From the IMG/VR virus record IMGVR_UViG_3300033997_000092, positions 62,001 through 126,000 of that record: a DNA stretch of 64,000 nt; one strand, 5' to 3'. Below, piece after piece: positions 45,901 to 55,702 of the stretch; within the stretch, counting starts at the first letter, position 1, and every line of letters begins with the position of its first letter. Position numbers and translations under genes: made by a program. The notes beneath the pieces were generated by a model that was given only the letters and a program-made list of their open reading frames with translations, did not search any database and was not told the DNA's origin.

Positions 45901-48705
45901 CTTCAGGAAGTTTATACCAACAGCAAGGAATGTGTTACGTGGTGCATTCTTGATCAGGTCTGTCAGACGTTCAGGACCCCATTCTTCAAAGGTCACTGTG
46001 GTAATAGGAATTACGTTCCAATTACCGTTAGTCAACATAGCAGTATCTTCTGCCCAGTTTTTACACAGCTTGTCAGGAGCAACTACAACAGCAAACAGGC
46101 GTTGACCCATTGCATGTAATTCTTCCGAACAGGCTAAGATGTCAAGAATACCTGTCGCTGTTTTACCGCCACCAGGATGTACGTCAAGGATAGCGTACTT
46201 AGGACGACGGCGCAGTGATTTGTGAGCTTTGACTTGGTGAGGGAACACTTTAGCGCCTGACACGATACCAGGAGCAACAATGTTATCCACATCAATAGAT
46301 TCGTCAGGCATATTGCTTTCGTAAATCTGCTCAGCACGGCTAAAATATTCCAAGTAATTCGGAATGTATTTGCTAAACATTACTGCCAACGGCATGACGT
46401 CCTGTGACAGTGAACTGAACGAAGGCAACAAGTTGTTTTCCACATCAGCAGCAGAACGCTTAGGGAAGAACAGGCTCTTTGTATCGACAGTCAAGATAGC
46501 CGCGCACATATTACGGAACAGACGACCACCGAAGTAGTTGTACACGTTACCGAAGTCTGCCATACGCGATGTCTTATCATTGATATACAGGTAAGCTGGG
46601 TGATCTTGTACCTCAGCGCCAGCATTATCAGCACCGACGTTTTCAGCTACTACACGGAACAAGTTTGAACCGCGATGACCTGTAGCATCAGACAAAGCAG
46701 CAAGCAAGGCACCCATAACAACGTGGCCTTCATGCAAACCGCCATCGAAGCCGCCAATCAGACCAGGAAGCAAAGCCATCTGTTCATCGAACATTGTACG
46801 GTAGATGCCGACATCAAGAGGACCAAGCAACGAGCCTGATTCGTTCTCTTGTTTTTGTTGCTCAAGTGTCTGACCAACCAACTCACCAAGTGAAGGCAAT
46901 TTGCCTTTACGTGCATAGTAGGCATATGTGTCGAACAGTTTTAAGAAGCGACGACCGGCGATCATGCTTACTGGAGCAAAACGTGCTGTTCCTGTAGGCA
47001 GTATCATATCAAGCACACGGCCTATCAGCGACTCGGATGATATTTCATCACGGCCATCCATACCACTTTCGTGCATGAATTGTTTGATTGTCTTCTGTTG
47101 GCTGCGCTCGCCTTCTTCTTTGAAGTCAAAGCCTAAAGCATCTGCGATAATCAAATCGTCAGGAGGCGTTGCACCTAACAAGTCATCGAAGGCAACGGAT
47201 GTACCACTACACGACAGGATAGTGTTGTAGTCCCAGCTGAATGATAACAAGGCACCAGAGTAGGCAGCAACTTCATCTTTGAACAGCTTGACATCAGAGT
47301 CAACTGTCAGGTTTTCGTTGTGCATGATCAGGTACTTACTGTTCAGCGTGTCGGTGTCCAACAGCGGAGCATCGGCTTCGTAGATTTTACGCAATAAGGC
47401 ATCGACAGCGTTTTCGTAATCCTTAGCAACGTCCAAGTTCTCAGACTCAGGACCTGTAGGCATGTAGATAATACGGCCTTTAGGATCTACAGTCAAGCCA
47501 GCATCATTGACACGGCCTTCATCAACGTGCATACCTGAATCCAAGCGGGCACGCTTTAAAGCTGCTACTTTGTGTGTAGGGATAACGAAGCGAGGCATAC
47601 GTGCGTAGTTACCACGACCTTTCTTCTCAGACCCACGCAAGCCTTTAGGACGAACGTAGATACGGGCCCACTGACGAATCATCGTGTCGATGCAGTAATG
47701 GATCAGTTCCAGTTGTTCGCTTTGGCAGATGTACTGACAAACTTCTTTGCGGAAGTTAAGAGCGAATGAGAACGATACTGATGTACCTAAGTACAGGCCT
47801 TCAGGACTGATCAATTCTTCATTGTTTGGCTTATCAGCATTCGGATTGTCTTTCTTGGCTACCAAGTAACGGCGCCATGCAGCGTAAAGATCCTGCATAG
47901 GTTCGATGCAGATCAACACGCTATAGAATTCACCGATAACACTTACGTTATTTGGAAGATTCTTGAAGCCAAGATCGATATTAAGACCTGACTCGGTCTT
48001 AAATATGGTATTCAGTTCTTCAAAATTGAACAACAGAGGTAACTGAACAAACTGACGCTTGTGGGCAGTTTTGTAGGATATTTTGTTGTCCAGCAATTTA
48101 GACATAACGGCACGTACAGCTTTCATCAAACGAAGCGATAAAGGTGTCTGGTAATTAGACATAGCCTCTTCTTCATATAATGAGTTTGTACGATCAATAA
48201 CGATTGAAGCATTGCGGATTGGACGGATGCTTGCACCGCCAGCATGGGGCAGGCCACAGAACATCACATCATAACCGCCTTTGTAGCGAGTAGATGGTTT
48301 AATAACGTGTTCGGTACCTGCACACATGGCACCCATAGCGTTATCTAAAATCGTCTGGACATCATTACCCAGTGCAACAGACTCTTGAATCTGTTTGAAG
48401 ATTGATTTGATTTCTGCCTGTTGTGCGTCTTCAGGCATATCTTCCAGACGAGCGCCCCGGTCCAACAGTATGCGAGTAAGGCTCAACATAGCATTTACAG
48501 GACCCGACAGCATCATTATGTTTTGGATTACCTGCTTGAGACCGTTAGCGCCGCCTACGCCCTGCTTGCTTGTAGTTGGAAATACAGAAGTTTGGTACGC
48601 ATCGTGGATCTCTTTTTTCAAAGAGATAGGAGCAATACGACTCGTCATAAAATTTTCTGTATCTTCAACCACAGATGACGCAGAATATAATTGTGGTGTT
48701 TTCAT
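42919..48705 (-). CDS. Giant SNF2-family helicase/ATPase (1928 aa)
   Basis: VFPHQ, DVHPGGGKT, MDESH, ATGT, VIVFCRY, AEGHNLQ, PWSPGDLEQSGARIFRP; long N- and C-terminal extensions. Confidence 0.88.
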   Translation of the reverse strand: MKTPQLYSASSVVEDTENFMTSRIAPISLKKEIHDAYQTSVFPTTSKQGVGGANGLKQVIQNIMMLSGPVNAMLSLTRILLDRGARLEDMPEDAQQAEIKSIFKQIQESVALGNDVQTILDNAMGAMCAGTEHVIKPSTRYKGGYDVMFCGLPHAGGASIRPIRNASIVIDRTNSLYEEEAMSNYQTPLSLRLMKAVRAVMSKLLDNKISYKTAHKRQFVQLPLLFNFEELNTIFKTESGLNIDLGFKNLPNNVSVIGEFYSVLICIEPMQDLYAAWRRYLVAKKDNPNADKPNNEELISPEGLYLGTSVSFSFALNFRKEVCQYICQSEQLELIHYCIDTMIRQWARIYVRPKGLRGSEKKGRGNYARMPRFVIPTHKVAALKRARLDSGMHVDEGRVNDAGLTVDPKGRIIYMPTGPESENLDVAKDYENAVDALLRKIYEADAPLLDTDTLNSKYLIMHNENLTVDSDVKLFKDEVAAYSGALLSFSWDYNTILSCSGTSVAFDDLLGATPPDDLIIADALGFDFKEEGERSQQKTIKQFMHESGMDGRDEISSESLIGRVLDMILPTGTARFAPVSMIAGRRFLKLFDTYAYYARKGKLPSLGELVGQTLEQQKQENESGSLLGPLDVGIYRTMFDEQMALLPGLIGGFDGGLHEGHVVMGALLAALSDATGHRGSNLFRVVAENVGADNAGAEVQDHPAYLYINDKTSRMADFGNVYNYFGGRLFRNMCAAILTVDTKSLFFPKRSAADVENNLLPSFSSLSQDVMPLAVMFSKYIPNYLEYFSRAEQIYESNMPDESIDVDNIVAPGIVSGAKVFPHQVKAHKSLRRRPKYAILDVHPGGGKTATGILDILACSEELHAMGQRLFAVVVAPDKLCKNWAEDTAMLTNGNWNVIPITTVTFEEWGPERLTDLIKNAPRNTFLAVGINFLKSKPYSVMYGPRRVKALGGVEFIKQFNPNYVLMDESHKAKKFDPESNHVSVVHKAVKEVFTMDGIQFARLATGTLVHDVLTDVVGQSALLTSYIYKTPKTSGIDMKAEDGPLVVRSKLSKYAAVITLKRKEWAFMLPNPIDIFIDFDLDEGGHAGNLLHSEVYQALLKQTLEDLENAVKNKRKTSSEDGDDETDDETSDGEEGGGDLDMDDNDELASLGSIGLQTYLQAVEQLVTDPWGESAFRIAADAAGIKKFDFMPAKIGKVIERLDTHFTVGKYTAGTNIAPGAVVDWERGMIAREYDVVRYNGAYYMRRPLPIAADETAQLARKETPPSDVSPDKDTENWKPEMRGKVIVFCRYTRCVDAIFEHLPPKYKARARRFHGEVGRYGENKWQNLDDFANDPNVDILVANEQAIAEGHNLQMGSRIIRSDTPWSPGDLEQSGARIFRPDPKAAKVENGKPGDMAREVIYNDWLMTNNTTEVAKVARLMWKTVDKTKFDEKGNPRYEPINGIVLDRIPMSLETLRDLNTMGDFMDYFQAKATLATIERQEFTEMRRTTVAQMIDLNVPAIPSDFKRMEQFPIMPNQRIPDPDGWGLVRFREWVKNTKGFVERMDELMNLLPVRTGFGTGVVTGYTINYVTIDGERVPDPVDPISNVKIRYRANDEELRHRIDNVFVATKANPSNYDRFFTAEDPYKDDKSKKRIEKSAEREEKEVTDMAEARATKRKSNKETGEQVVRTSQRKTIRKSNKVAGKPVNDGVEKVKRVKPVKDGTVAVNKVVPVAGQKGATKTVPTKDMKLKLHPSVYNGFISIHATNNDPDSLDLKKFGFIPHGEFAYCDFKNYRHFDKFIDFIEAKFQVTPDTEKRIEKVMDVFEDSGRMGFDAKQALEVQSKLPNFFRTRKQEATDKKSFKAYPVVLHDRLRIVVDLATNPVVRKVLGNTIPGTTAKWQLHPGMTVFFAATKRQAKDKLRELTKAGYVITNVESVVEALDSIR

Positions 48706-48715
48706 TTGCTTCCCT

Positions 48716-49231
48716 TTACATATAATGCTGAGACCAGAGTGGAATAGGCGTCAATTCATTGGACGTAGCCCAATCGATAAGATGGCGTCCATAGATACGG
48801 CGCTTCTGGACAGAGTACGTTGACCAACGATCACTGTCTCCGTAGAAAGACAAGACTGTCGCACTATCCATCTTATCTAATGTATTTACAATTTCCTCGC
48901 GGATACGGTTTTCAGCATCAGCTTCAGATATTGTAACCATAGGGTCAGCAGGCACATCCACTTCAGAATTGCCTCTGTCTAATAGTTCAGCAATAACCTC
49001 TACTAAGCTATCTACAGTAGTTAGGTCTTCATACGACCTGCCTAAACGGACAGGCGAAACACCGTGCTTAACAAGAGCAGCAACAATGTCCTGAGACTCA
49101 CTGCTTTCACTTACCATGCTGGGACTGTCGAGTGCCTGACGTGCCAGCATTCCAGCAAGTCCAGGTTTCTCAGACAGAGTTTGCAAAGCAGAGACAGGAG
49201 CCGTACCTAATGTAATGGTCGTCTTCTTCAT
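48716..49231 (-). CDS. Acidic hypothetical protein containing MVSESS
   Basis: 171 aa, GGAG RBS. Confidence 0.65.
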   Translation of the reverse strand: MKKTTITLGTAPVSALQTLSEKPGLAGMLARQALDSPSMVSESSESQDIVAALVKHGVSPVRLGRSYEDLTTVDSLVEVIAELLDRGNSEVDVPADPMVTISEADAENRIREEIVNTLDKMDSATVLSFYGDSDRWSTYSVQKRRIYGRHLIDWATSNELTPIPLWSQHYM

Positions 49232-49232
49232 G

Positions 49233-49973
49233 CTACACTCCGAATTTAATGTTCTTCAACATTTTGATAATACGCAATTCCATAACCCGCTTAGGTTCAT
49301 TGCCTTGTGTGAGGATGAACGGCAGGTCGAATTCAAGACGCAATGCAAGCACATTTTTATCGTAACGATATAAGAAGAACTTGATGCCTGATATTGTCGT
49401 GAAGTATGTCCAATTGTATATAGGCAACGTAGTTAGGTTTTTCGCTGCTACTTTAAAATTAGATGTTTTCAGCTTAGATGGGTCCAACTTTGAATAATGT
49501 TTAATCGCAGATAAGGCCTGATCTAAATTGCCGTTGACCGTAAGCATCTGTACCACAGTCACGTTTGGATAAATGTGACTATTTAAAAACTTATTGTAAC
49601 CTGATGTGACGCGGACAAATCGGTTGCCAAACAATAGCTTATTGAAAAGCATTTTCTTCAATGTAGGACCAAGCAACTTAGGGAAGGTAGTTGCAAAGTA
49701 TTTCAGAAGTAAGATAGAGAATTCTTCAGGCCTGTATGGAGGCAATGAGGAAGTCGGATTGGACTTCAACGTATGCAGGTGACTTATAAATAAGGCAGCA
49801 GTTACTACTTGTGCCTGCATAGGATCCTTGTACACGGATTTAATCGATTTAGCTACAAGGGTTTTTATAAATGCGTCCCATAGTGGGTAATACTCAGGCT
49901 TGACGATAGTTGGCATACCAAGTTTATCAAGTTTGAGTATCTTTTTGAATTTCTTGTAGATTGGATTATTCAT
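49233..49973 (-). CDS. Hypothetical basic protein
   Basis: Start moved to ATG 49973 (GGAG RBS). Confidence 0.65.
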   Translation of the reverse strand: MNNPIYKKFKKILKLDKLGMPTIVKPEYYPLWDAFIKTLVAKSIKSVYKDPMQAQVVTAALFISHLHTLKSNPTSSLPPYRPEEFSILLLKYFATTFPKLLGPTLKKMLFNKLLFGNRFVRVTSGYNKFLNSHIYPNVTVVQMLTVNGNLDQALSAIKHYSKLDPSKLKTSNFKVAAKNLTTLPIYNWTYFTTISGIKFFLYRYDKNVLALRLEFDLPFILTQGNEPKRVMELRIIKMLKNIKFGV

Positions 49974-50373
49974 GTTTTCTCCATGAGTCACCCCAACCAG
50001 ACTTACTGGATGAAGAAGCGTTTCCTTTCATCGAGCGTAGACCTGCTGCACCACGTTGATGCACTTTGCCTATTACCTTTGAATGGCAATCCGAACAAAG
50101 CGTTGTCAAATTGCTTAGGATATTTTTACCTCCCTTAGCAATCGCTATTATGTGGTGTACAGTCAAAACTACATCTGTTGGGTTGGACGGATGGTTGTGG
50201 TTACCGCATTTCTGACAACAATAGTTATCTCGTTTAAGTACAATTGGACGTAATCTGGCGAATTCGTCTCCACGCAGATCATTGTCCTTTTTATTTATAG
50301 TGCCACGTAATCTCTGTTGGGTAGATGGTCTGCCACCGAACTTGTTTTTCTTTCCCAGCTTAGCGAGTCCCAT
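49966..50373 (-). CDS. HNH endonuclease
   Basis: VLKRDNYCCQKCG...VHHIIAIAKGGKNILSNLTTLCSDCH. Confidence 0.92.
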   Translation of the reverse strand: MGLAKLGKKNKFGGRPSTQQRLRGTINKKDNDLRGDEFARLRPIVLKRDNYCCQKCGNHNHPSNPTDVVLTVHHIIAIAKGGKNILSNLTTLCSDCHSKVIGKVHQRGAAGLRSMKGNASSSSKSGWGDSWRKHE

Positions 50374-50376
50374 ACG

Positions 50377-51087
50377 TTACCCCACAAGAATCATGCGTGT
50401 GTTTTCAAGGCTAGTTTTGTAAGCCAAGTCAGCTTCTATACCAGCAGTTGAACCTTGAGACCTGATATATCGCTCTAATGAATCCGCGACTTCAGGTGTG
50501 AATGTTTTACGTGAGTGGTCGATTACACCACGAACCAAGTTCATAAGTATCTGAGCAAAAGTCATACTCAATGGACGAAGTACGTTTATATCAATTTGGT
50601 CGATATACTCACCCACATCCTGCAATGCCTTCATATCAGCAATTACTTCCCGCAAGGATTCGTATGTCTTGAGTAAAGGGTAGATGTCTTTACTTGAATG
50701 CGAATCACGGTACTTCTTCATGGCCTCACGGGATATGTACACAAGGCTATCGAACATAGCTGTGTATTCATCGATGTGTTCGCGGTTCTTATCAAATGCG
50801 GAATCTTGCAAGCGTTCGATTTGGGCACGACCAGCTTGAATCAATTGCTGTGCTTGTACATCCATATTATCCCGTGTTACTTTAGCAGGCAATGTGTCTG
50901 TTTTCTTTTTCTTTTTCTTAACGACTTTTCTAACTGGAGGACTGTCTTTCACTGCTTTAGATTTCTTTGCAGGTTCAACGGTCTTTGCTTTAGGCTTAAC
51001 TGTTTTTGTGTCAGGTGTAGGCGCTGACTTTAGTTTTTTCTTAGCAGGCTTCTTTTTTGTGAAGTCCGATATTTCTCTTGCTGCCAT
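50377..51087 (-). CDS. Hypothetical protein with Lys-rich N-terminus and helical C-terminal domain
   Basis: 236 aa, AGGGG RBS. Confidence 0.65.
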   Translation of the reverse strand: MAAREISDFTKKKPAKKKLKSAPTPDTKTVKPKAKTVEPAKKSKAVKDSPPVRKVVKKKKKKTDTLPAKVTRDNMDVQAQQLIQAGRAQIERLQDSAFDKNREHIDEYTAMFDSLVYISREAMKKYRDSHSSKDIYPLLKTYESLREVIADMKALQDVGEYIDQIDINVLRPLSMTFAQILMNLVRGVIDHSRKTFTPEVADSLERYIRSQGSTAGIEADLAYKTSLENTRMILVG

Positions 51088-51104
51088 AAAAACCCCTGGA
51101 AATG

Positions 51105-51130
51105 AAAAAGGGAGACCCTTAGGCCTCCCT
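51105..51130 (-). terminator. Intrinsic terminator
   Basis: AGGGAGGCC-TAAG-GGTCTCCCT followed by TTTT. Confidence 0.85.
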
Positions 51131-51138
51131 CGTTGGTT

Positions 51139-51954
51139 TTACGCGAAAGAATGGCCGCGGATTATTGCTTCCAGCTTACCGAAGTAAGTAGGATTGAAGC
51201 CATAGACTTTCTGCCAGAATGTTAACAGGTCTTGGGCCAGGTTACTGCTGGACAGAGAAGCGAGTTCATCTGGAACAACAAGTTCAACGCCTTCGACTTT
51301 TGTTGTGCCGATAGTTACACCATCGATCAACTGGTCGCGGCCAATCGCATCAACATTGTCATTACCAGCAACTACATACAGTGTTTCGTTTTCGTTTTCG
51401 TCGATAACAGAGGCCGCAGCCACACCAAAACGCAGTTCGCCGCCTTGTACATAAGAGACATAATCGCCAGACTGGATGTTGTCGATAGTCTCAGCAGTGC
51501 GTGATAGCGACTGGAAGTAATGGTTGTCAGAACCAACACGTACAGTCGAGCAGCAGGCTTTCATCAATTCCTGAATTTCAGCAGGATTGTCAACGCCGTT
51601 AGCACGGACCAGGAAGTTGCCGTCTTCGCTCTGACGCAGAGACCACAGATTGTCTTCGTCGTCACGGTACATATTACGGCTAACGCTTACCATACCGTCA
51701 ATGTTACCTGACTGAGGAACAGGGATCGCATCGCGTGTAGGAGTAACGTGACCCACTAACAATGTGCGGATAGGGCTCATGTCGATAGTACGGAACGAAC
51801 CAGCAACAGCAATCATTTTGTTTTTAAACGCATTACGCACGCCAGTATGTACATGCTCAGCGCTTACTTTTTCAGTTACACCGTGAGTTACTGAAACTAC
51901 AACACGGGCGCCGCCAGGAATACCAGTGGCTTGAGTTATCTTAGTGTTGATCAT
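51139..51954 (-). CDS. Putative abundant virion structural protein
   Basis: 271 aa from ATG 51954 (GGAG RBS); has its own promoter-like motif and terminator. Confidence 0.6.
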   Translation of the reverse strand: MINTKITQATGIPGGARVVVSVTHGVTEKVSAEHVHTGVRNAFKNKMIAVAGSFRTIDMSPIRTLLVGHVTPTRDAIPVPQSGNIDGMVSVSRNMYRDDEDNLWSLRQSEDGNFLVRANGVDNPAEIQELMKACCSTVRVGSDNHYFQSLSRTAETIDNIQSGDYVSYVQGGELRFGVAAASVIDENENETLYVVAGNDNVDAIGRDQLIDGVTIGTTKVEGVELVVPDELASLSSSNLAQDLLTFWQKVYGFNPTYFGKLEAIIRGHSFA

Positions 51955-51979
51955 CGATCTTCTCCAAAAAGTGTTTACA

Positions 51980-51992
51980 CATGAATAAATTA
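51980..51992 (-). promoter_or_regulatory. Putative late promoter TAATTT-N5-T-R
   Basis: TAATTTATTCATG; overlaps the upstream TAA stop codon. Confidence 0.4.
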
Positions 51993-53165
51993 TCGTACCT
52001 GACCACGAATACCAACAGAACGTATCCATGGGCCAGGTCCACGGAATACTTTTGTTGTAGGAGCAAGCAGTACGCGAGTAGCACCAAATGCAGCACCACG
52101 CGTAGGAGCTTTCGATCCGATAGAGCCGTCACCTGTCGTGTTACCAGTAGCGGCTAGTTGTTTTTTGTAGGGTTTGACTGTGTTCTCTAAGTCTGTTTCC
52201 AGACGACCCAAAGCAGCTTCGATTGATGGAGTACGGTCTACGTTTAAGTTGACGTCCTGACCAGCAAAGTCAAAAGCATGTGCACCTTCTGCAAGCAACT
52301 GTGCGCTTAGGATACTATGTGAAGCACAAATCAGCCAACACTCTAACAGTGTACCTTGCATATTCGTGCCGGTGAAAGCAGATAAATGCGGAGGATAACT
52401 GTTGAATTTCTGGAGTCCTCTATACAGATAGTTAACCATGTCACCTGCCGTGTATTGCAATGCAGGTATCACGTTGTCTAACTTGGCTCTGTCTATAAAC
52501 TGCTCAAGCATGTTCATAGCAACACCTATCTGCGGAGTGATTATCCACAAGTTGTAATTGAGTAGTTTGGGAATCATACGATTGCCATCAAAATACTCAA
52601 CTGATATAAGAACAGGCTCCAACCGAATCACAGATGAATCAACAGCAATCTGCATTTTAACCACAACTTGAGTGTTCGTGATTGTTAACGTAGCGTTGTT
52701 TGCATCATTCAGATTGACATTTTCAAGTATTGGTTCGTTGGATAACGACATATCTAAATGCAATGTGTCGGTCGTAGGATTAAAGCGTACAGGCAACACA
52801 AAAGTTATTGTTGTGTTTGCTCCACGAGCCATAGTAACAATGTCGGACTGTCGGTTCTCTGTAGATGGAAGTGCCGCAATCGATGAAGTATGGACATGGT
52901 GAATGCCCTCTTCGTCAAACAATTCCCAACGCAAATCCAGATATACTTCATCAGCAAGGTTCATGTACGGGATAGGCAAATTGATTTGCCACTCACCAGG
53001 AACCGTAGTGGGACTTCCTACTGCTTGGTATATGATAGATTTATCTGCATCGTACAATGAAACAAGTGGTCCTGTAGAACCGCTATCGGGCACAAGAGGA
53101 ACGCCGTATTCATCAACAATAGAAGCCGTAACAGGACGTGATGTACCTTCAACAATACGAAACAT
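51990..53165 (-). CDS. Putative virion structural protein (possible neck/adaptor)
   Basis: 391 aa; beta-sandwich-like N-terminus and helical C-terminus; function by weak resemblance only. Confidence 0.45.
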   Translation of the reverse strand: MFRIVEGTSRPVTASIVDEYGVPLVPDSGSTGPLVSLYDADKSIIYQAVGSPTTVPGEWQINLPIPYMNLADEVYLDLRWELFDEEGIHHVHTSSIAALPSTENRQSDIVTMARGANTTITFVLPVRFNPTTDTLHLDMSLSNEPILENVNLNDANNATLTITNTQVVVKMQIAVDSSVIRLEPVLISVEYFDGNRMIPKLLNYNLWIITPQIGVAMNMLEQFIDRAKLDNVIPALQYTAGDMVNYLYRGLQKFNSYPPHLSAFTGTNMQGTLLECWLICASHSILSAQLLAEGAHAFDFAGQDVNLNVDRTPSIEAALGRLETDLENTVKPYKKQLAATGNTTGDGSIGSKAPTRGAAFGATRVLLAPTTKVFRGPGPWIRSVGIRGQVR

Positions 53166-53175
53166 CTTTCTTTCC

Positions 53176-54315
53176 TTACGGTGCGTAAATCATACTGGTA
53201 CCCCACTGAATGACTTTAGCTGTCTGTTGATCTTGCCTTAAAAGCATAAGAGCCAAACGCTGTGGGTCATTAAAGAGTTCCAACATAACTTTGAATTGTG
53301 GATATTCGGTCTTGTCAACGGACTTTGTATACTGTACGTTTAAGTGCATCAAAAAATCGTCAGCACCAGAAGATTTTGGATTCAGTCCAAACGAACCAGG
53401 CTCAATTGCTCCGTACAACAAATACAAAGCACAGAATAACTGGTTATCTTCAACACGTAAAGTGCCGTTGCTGAAAGTCCGAATTAAATGGATTGCTTTA
53501 CGTAGACCTGTAGCAACATATTGAACCAAACCTTCAGGCTCCTCAGGGTCGTACATCCAAGATACGTTCGAGTCGGAGGGGTCAACATACGTCAACAGAT
53601 TCATTATGAAGTACAGGTAAAAGTCAGGAGTAACCAAACGTGGAACAATCAAGTTACTGTAGTCTGTCCACACGTACTTGTTGTATATCCAATATCCGAT
53701 TGGTACATCACGGAACAATATTGTCGGAGCTTTCATCATGTACAGAGAACGAAGCAGCGTAACCGACCGATCATAATAAATATCGGAATTGTACCAGCCT
53801 CGTGGATGCAAAACAAAACTCTTTGTACACATACCGACAATGTTATAAAGCTTAGTCAAGTCCCGTGTAGTGTTGAAGTCCAGACCAAAATCAGAAGCTT
53901 GTTGGAATGTAAGTGAAATAGTCATGTAGTCTCCATCGACTTCACGGCTACCCCATATAAAATCATAACCAAGCAACTTCATCATTCCGGACGGAGAACG
54001 CAATCTTGCTTTAACATTTGGTCGAGGCGTTATACTGAACGTAAATACAATAACTGCCGCACTCGGTATATTTGCCTTACTAACATCGACATCAGAATAA
54101 CCAACGCTAAAGCCTTGCTTCACACTTGTAATGTTGACAAGGCTAAACATCTGATTACGGACAATAGCAAAGCTGTAGTCTTCCAGAAGATTATACAGGT
54201 AGTCAAGCAAGCGCCCGGTACCTGTACTCTGAGAAGCAAACGTACTGGGTTTCACCCCTCCAACAAGTCCTGCGGTGGGGTTAACCTTGAAATTTGTTCC
54301 GAAGGACTGGTGCAT
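53176..54315 (-). CDS. Hypothetical protein
   Basis: 379 aa, TAATG overlap with the upstream gene. Confidence 0.65.
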   Translation of the reverse strand: MHQSFGTNFKVNPTAGLVGGVKPSTFASQSTGTGRLLDYLYNLLEDYSFAIVRNQMFSLVNITSVKQGFSVGYSDVDVSKANIPSAAVIVFTFSITPRPNVKARLRSPSGMMKLLGYDFIWGSREVDGDYMTISLTFQQASDFGLDFNTTRDLTKLYNIVGMCTKSFVLHPRGWYNSDIYYDRSVTLLRSLYMMKAPTILFRDVPIGYWIYNKYVWTDYSNLIVPRLVTPDFYLYFIMNLLTYVDPSDSNVSWMYDPEEPEGLVQYVATGLRKAIHLIRTFSNGTLRVEDNQLFCALYLLYGAIEPGSFGLNPKSSGADDFLMHLNVQYTKSVDKTEYPQFKVMLELFNDPQRLALMLLRQDQQTAKVIQWGTSMIYAP

Positions 54316-55598
54316 TACAAACTCTGCTTAATAGAAGCGATTTGCTGTGGAGTAAGTTCCAATACGTCAGCAATTTGACGCAACTTGTTCGCATTGATTT
54401 CTGCTTTGTCACGTTTGCCTTGTGCCGTAATATAGAAGCGATAAACAGGACGACCGTCACGGCGACTGATAGCACGGATGCGCTGGATGCTGTTACGCGA
54501 ACCTTGTAACTTGCTGCGGAATATAGTAGACAAAGAACCCATAATAGATTCCAGTGCAGACTTTTCTTCGGCATCAGTTAAACCAGGAACTAAACTTACC
54601 CAAACTTCATCGTTACGGACACCAACGCTCTTGATTGAAGAGGATGATTCTGGCAAAGAAGAATTTTTCAGGTGCTTAGTCGTGTGCTTCAACACTTTGC
54701 GATCCTGATGTGCACGGAAGCTATCCACAGCCAACAACGTATTAATACGGCGTTTGAGTTCTGAGGAATTCTCAACAGTCTTACCGACAGCGAATGATCC
54801 AGGAACCATGTGGTCTTTAACAGCGGTAAGTGCGTGGTGCAACTCACCTGTGTCCATGTCCAGAATACCTGTAAGCACGAAAGCATAGCTGTCGTACACA
54901 TGGCCTTCTTCATTCATAAAATCGTTGATGAAGATGTAAGTCTGGTAATGGATAACTGAACTATCAGCGCCAGCAGGGTAGATGAATGTTTTAGATTCGA
55001 TGCCACTATAGCTTCCTTTATCCAAAATAGATTCAAGGTGCTTAATACAAGCTGCAACAATACCTGTATGTGGCTTCGGCTTTGTCTTCTTAGCAATTTT
55101 AGCCATAGCAGCAAGCTGCTTGTCTAGCGCATCTTTTGCCTGTTTCTTCAAGGCTTGAATAGATTTCAATGCGGCAGAACGGCCAGACATATCTGATAGA
55201 CTACCAGACATCAGGACCTGCTCAGCTACTTCAAGCTCAGCTATATCCTGAGACAAACGATCAAGTGCTTTACTATCACGTTGTAAGTGTTTCAGATCAG
55301 GAGCTTCAAAGTTTTCAAGTACGGCACGCATAGATGGAATACGTGCACCAGAACGGCGTGAAGTAGGAGCTGCATCATCTAACAGATCACCAAGCTCACG
55401 CGCATTTGAAAGAGATTGCATGTCCAGTTTAATGCTGACAGTACGGACACTGGAAACACTCTTTAAAAGGGCTTCAGCATTTTCTTCAATTTCTTCAACG
55501 GAATCAGCCACAGGAGCCAATATATCCAAAAGCTGTTTGATACTGCGGGCTTCTCTCAGCTTTTTGATTACGGTAGAGTTTTTATTTGGTTTAGCCAT
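54315..55598 (-). CDS. Hypothetical protein, possibly virion-associated
   Basis: 427 aa, AGGA RBS; contains VSIKLDMQSLSN, which resembles an internal copy of the leader. Confidence 0.65.
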   Translation of the reverse strand: MAKPNKNSTVIKKLREARSIKQLLDILAPVADSVEEIEENAEALLKSVSSVRTVSIKLDMQSLSNARELGDLLDDAAPTSRRSGARIPSMRAVLENFEAPDLKHLQRDSKALDRLSQDIAELEVAEQVLMSGSLSDMSGRSAALKSIQALKKQAKDALDKQLAAMAKIAKKTKPKPHTGIVAACIKHLESILDKGSYSGIESKTFIYPAGADSSVIHYQTYIFINDFMNEEGHVYDSYAFVLTGILDMDTGELHHALTAVKDHMVPGSFAVGKTVENSSELKRRINTLLAVDSFRAHQDRKVLKHTTKHLKNSSLPESSSSIKSVGVRNDEVWVSLVPGLTDAEEKSALESIMGSLSTIFRSKLQGSRNSIQRIRAISRRDGRPVYRFYITAQGKRDKAEINANKLRQIADVLELTPQQIASIKQSL

Positions 55599-55616
55599 GA
55601 TTGGGTCCTAGAAAAC

Positions 55617-55647
55617 AAAAAAGGGCCAGTAGTTAGCTGGCCCTTTT
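55617..55647. terminator. Intrinsic terminator
   Basis: AAAAGGGCCAG-TAGTTAG-CTGGCCCTTTT; U7 tract on the minus strand. Confidence 0.88.
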
Positions 55648-55702
55648 AGGGATAATAACTACAATTCACTTGCAGTTAAATTATCAAATCGGCTGACTAA
55701 TA

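Noticed and set aside
39135-48705. Inteins or introns in the polymerase or giant helicase
   Set aside because: No C/S...HN splice junctions or LAGLIDADG motifs were recognised; catalytic motifs are in order in uninterrupted frames.
55672-55686. TAATTT as a promoter for 54315..55598
   Set aside because: Lacks the N5-T-R part, lies within a hairpin, and is upstream of a strong terminator.
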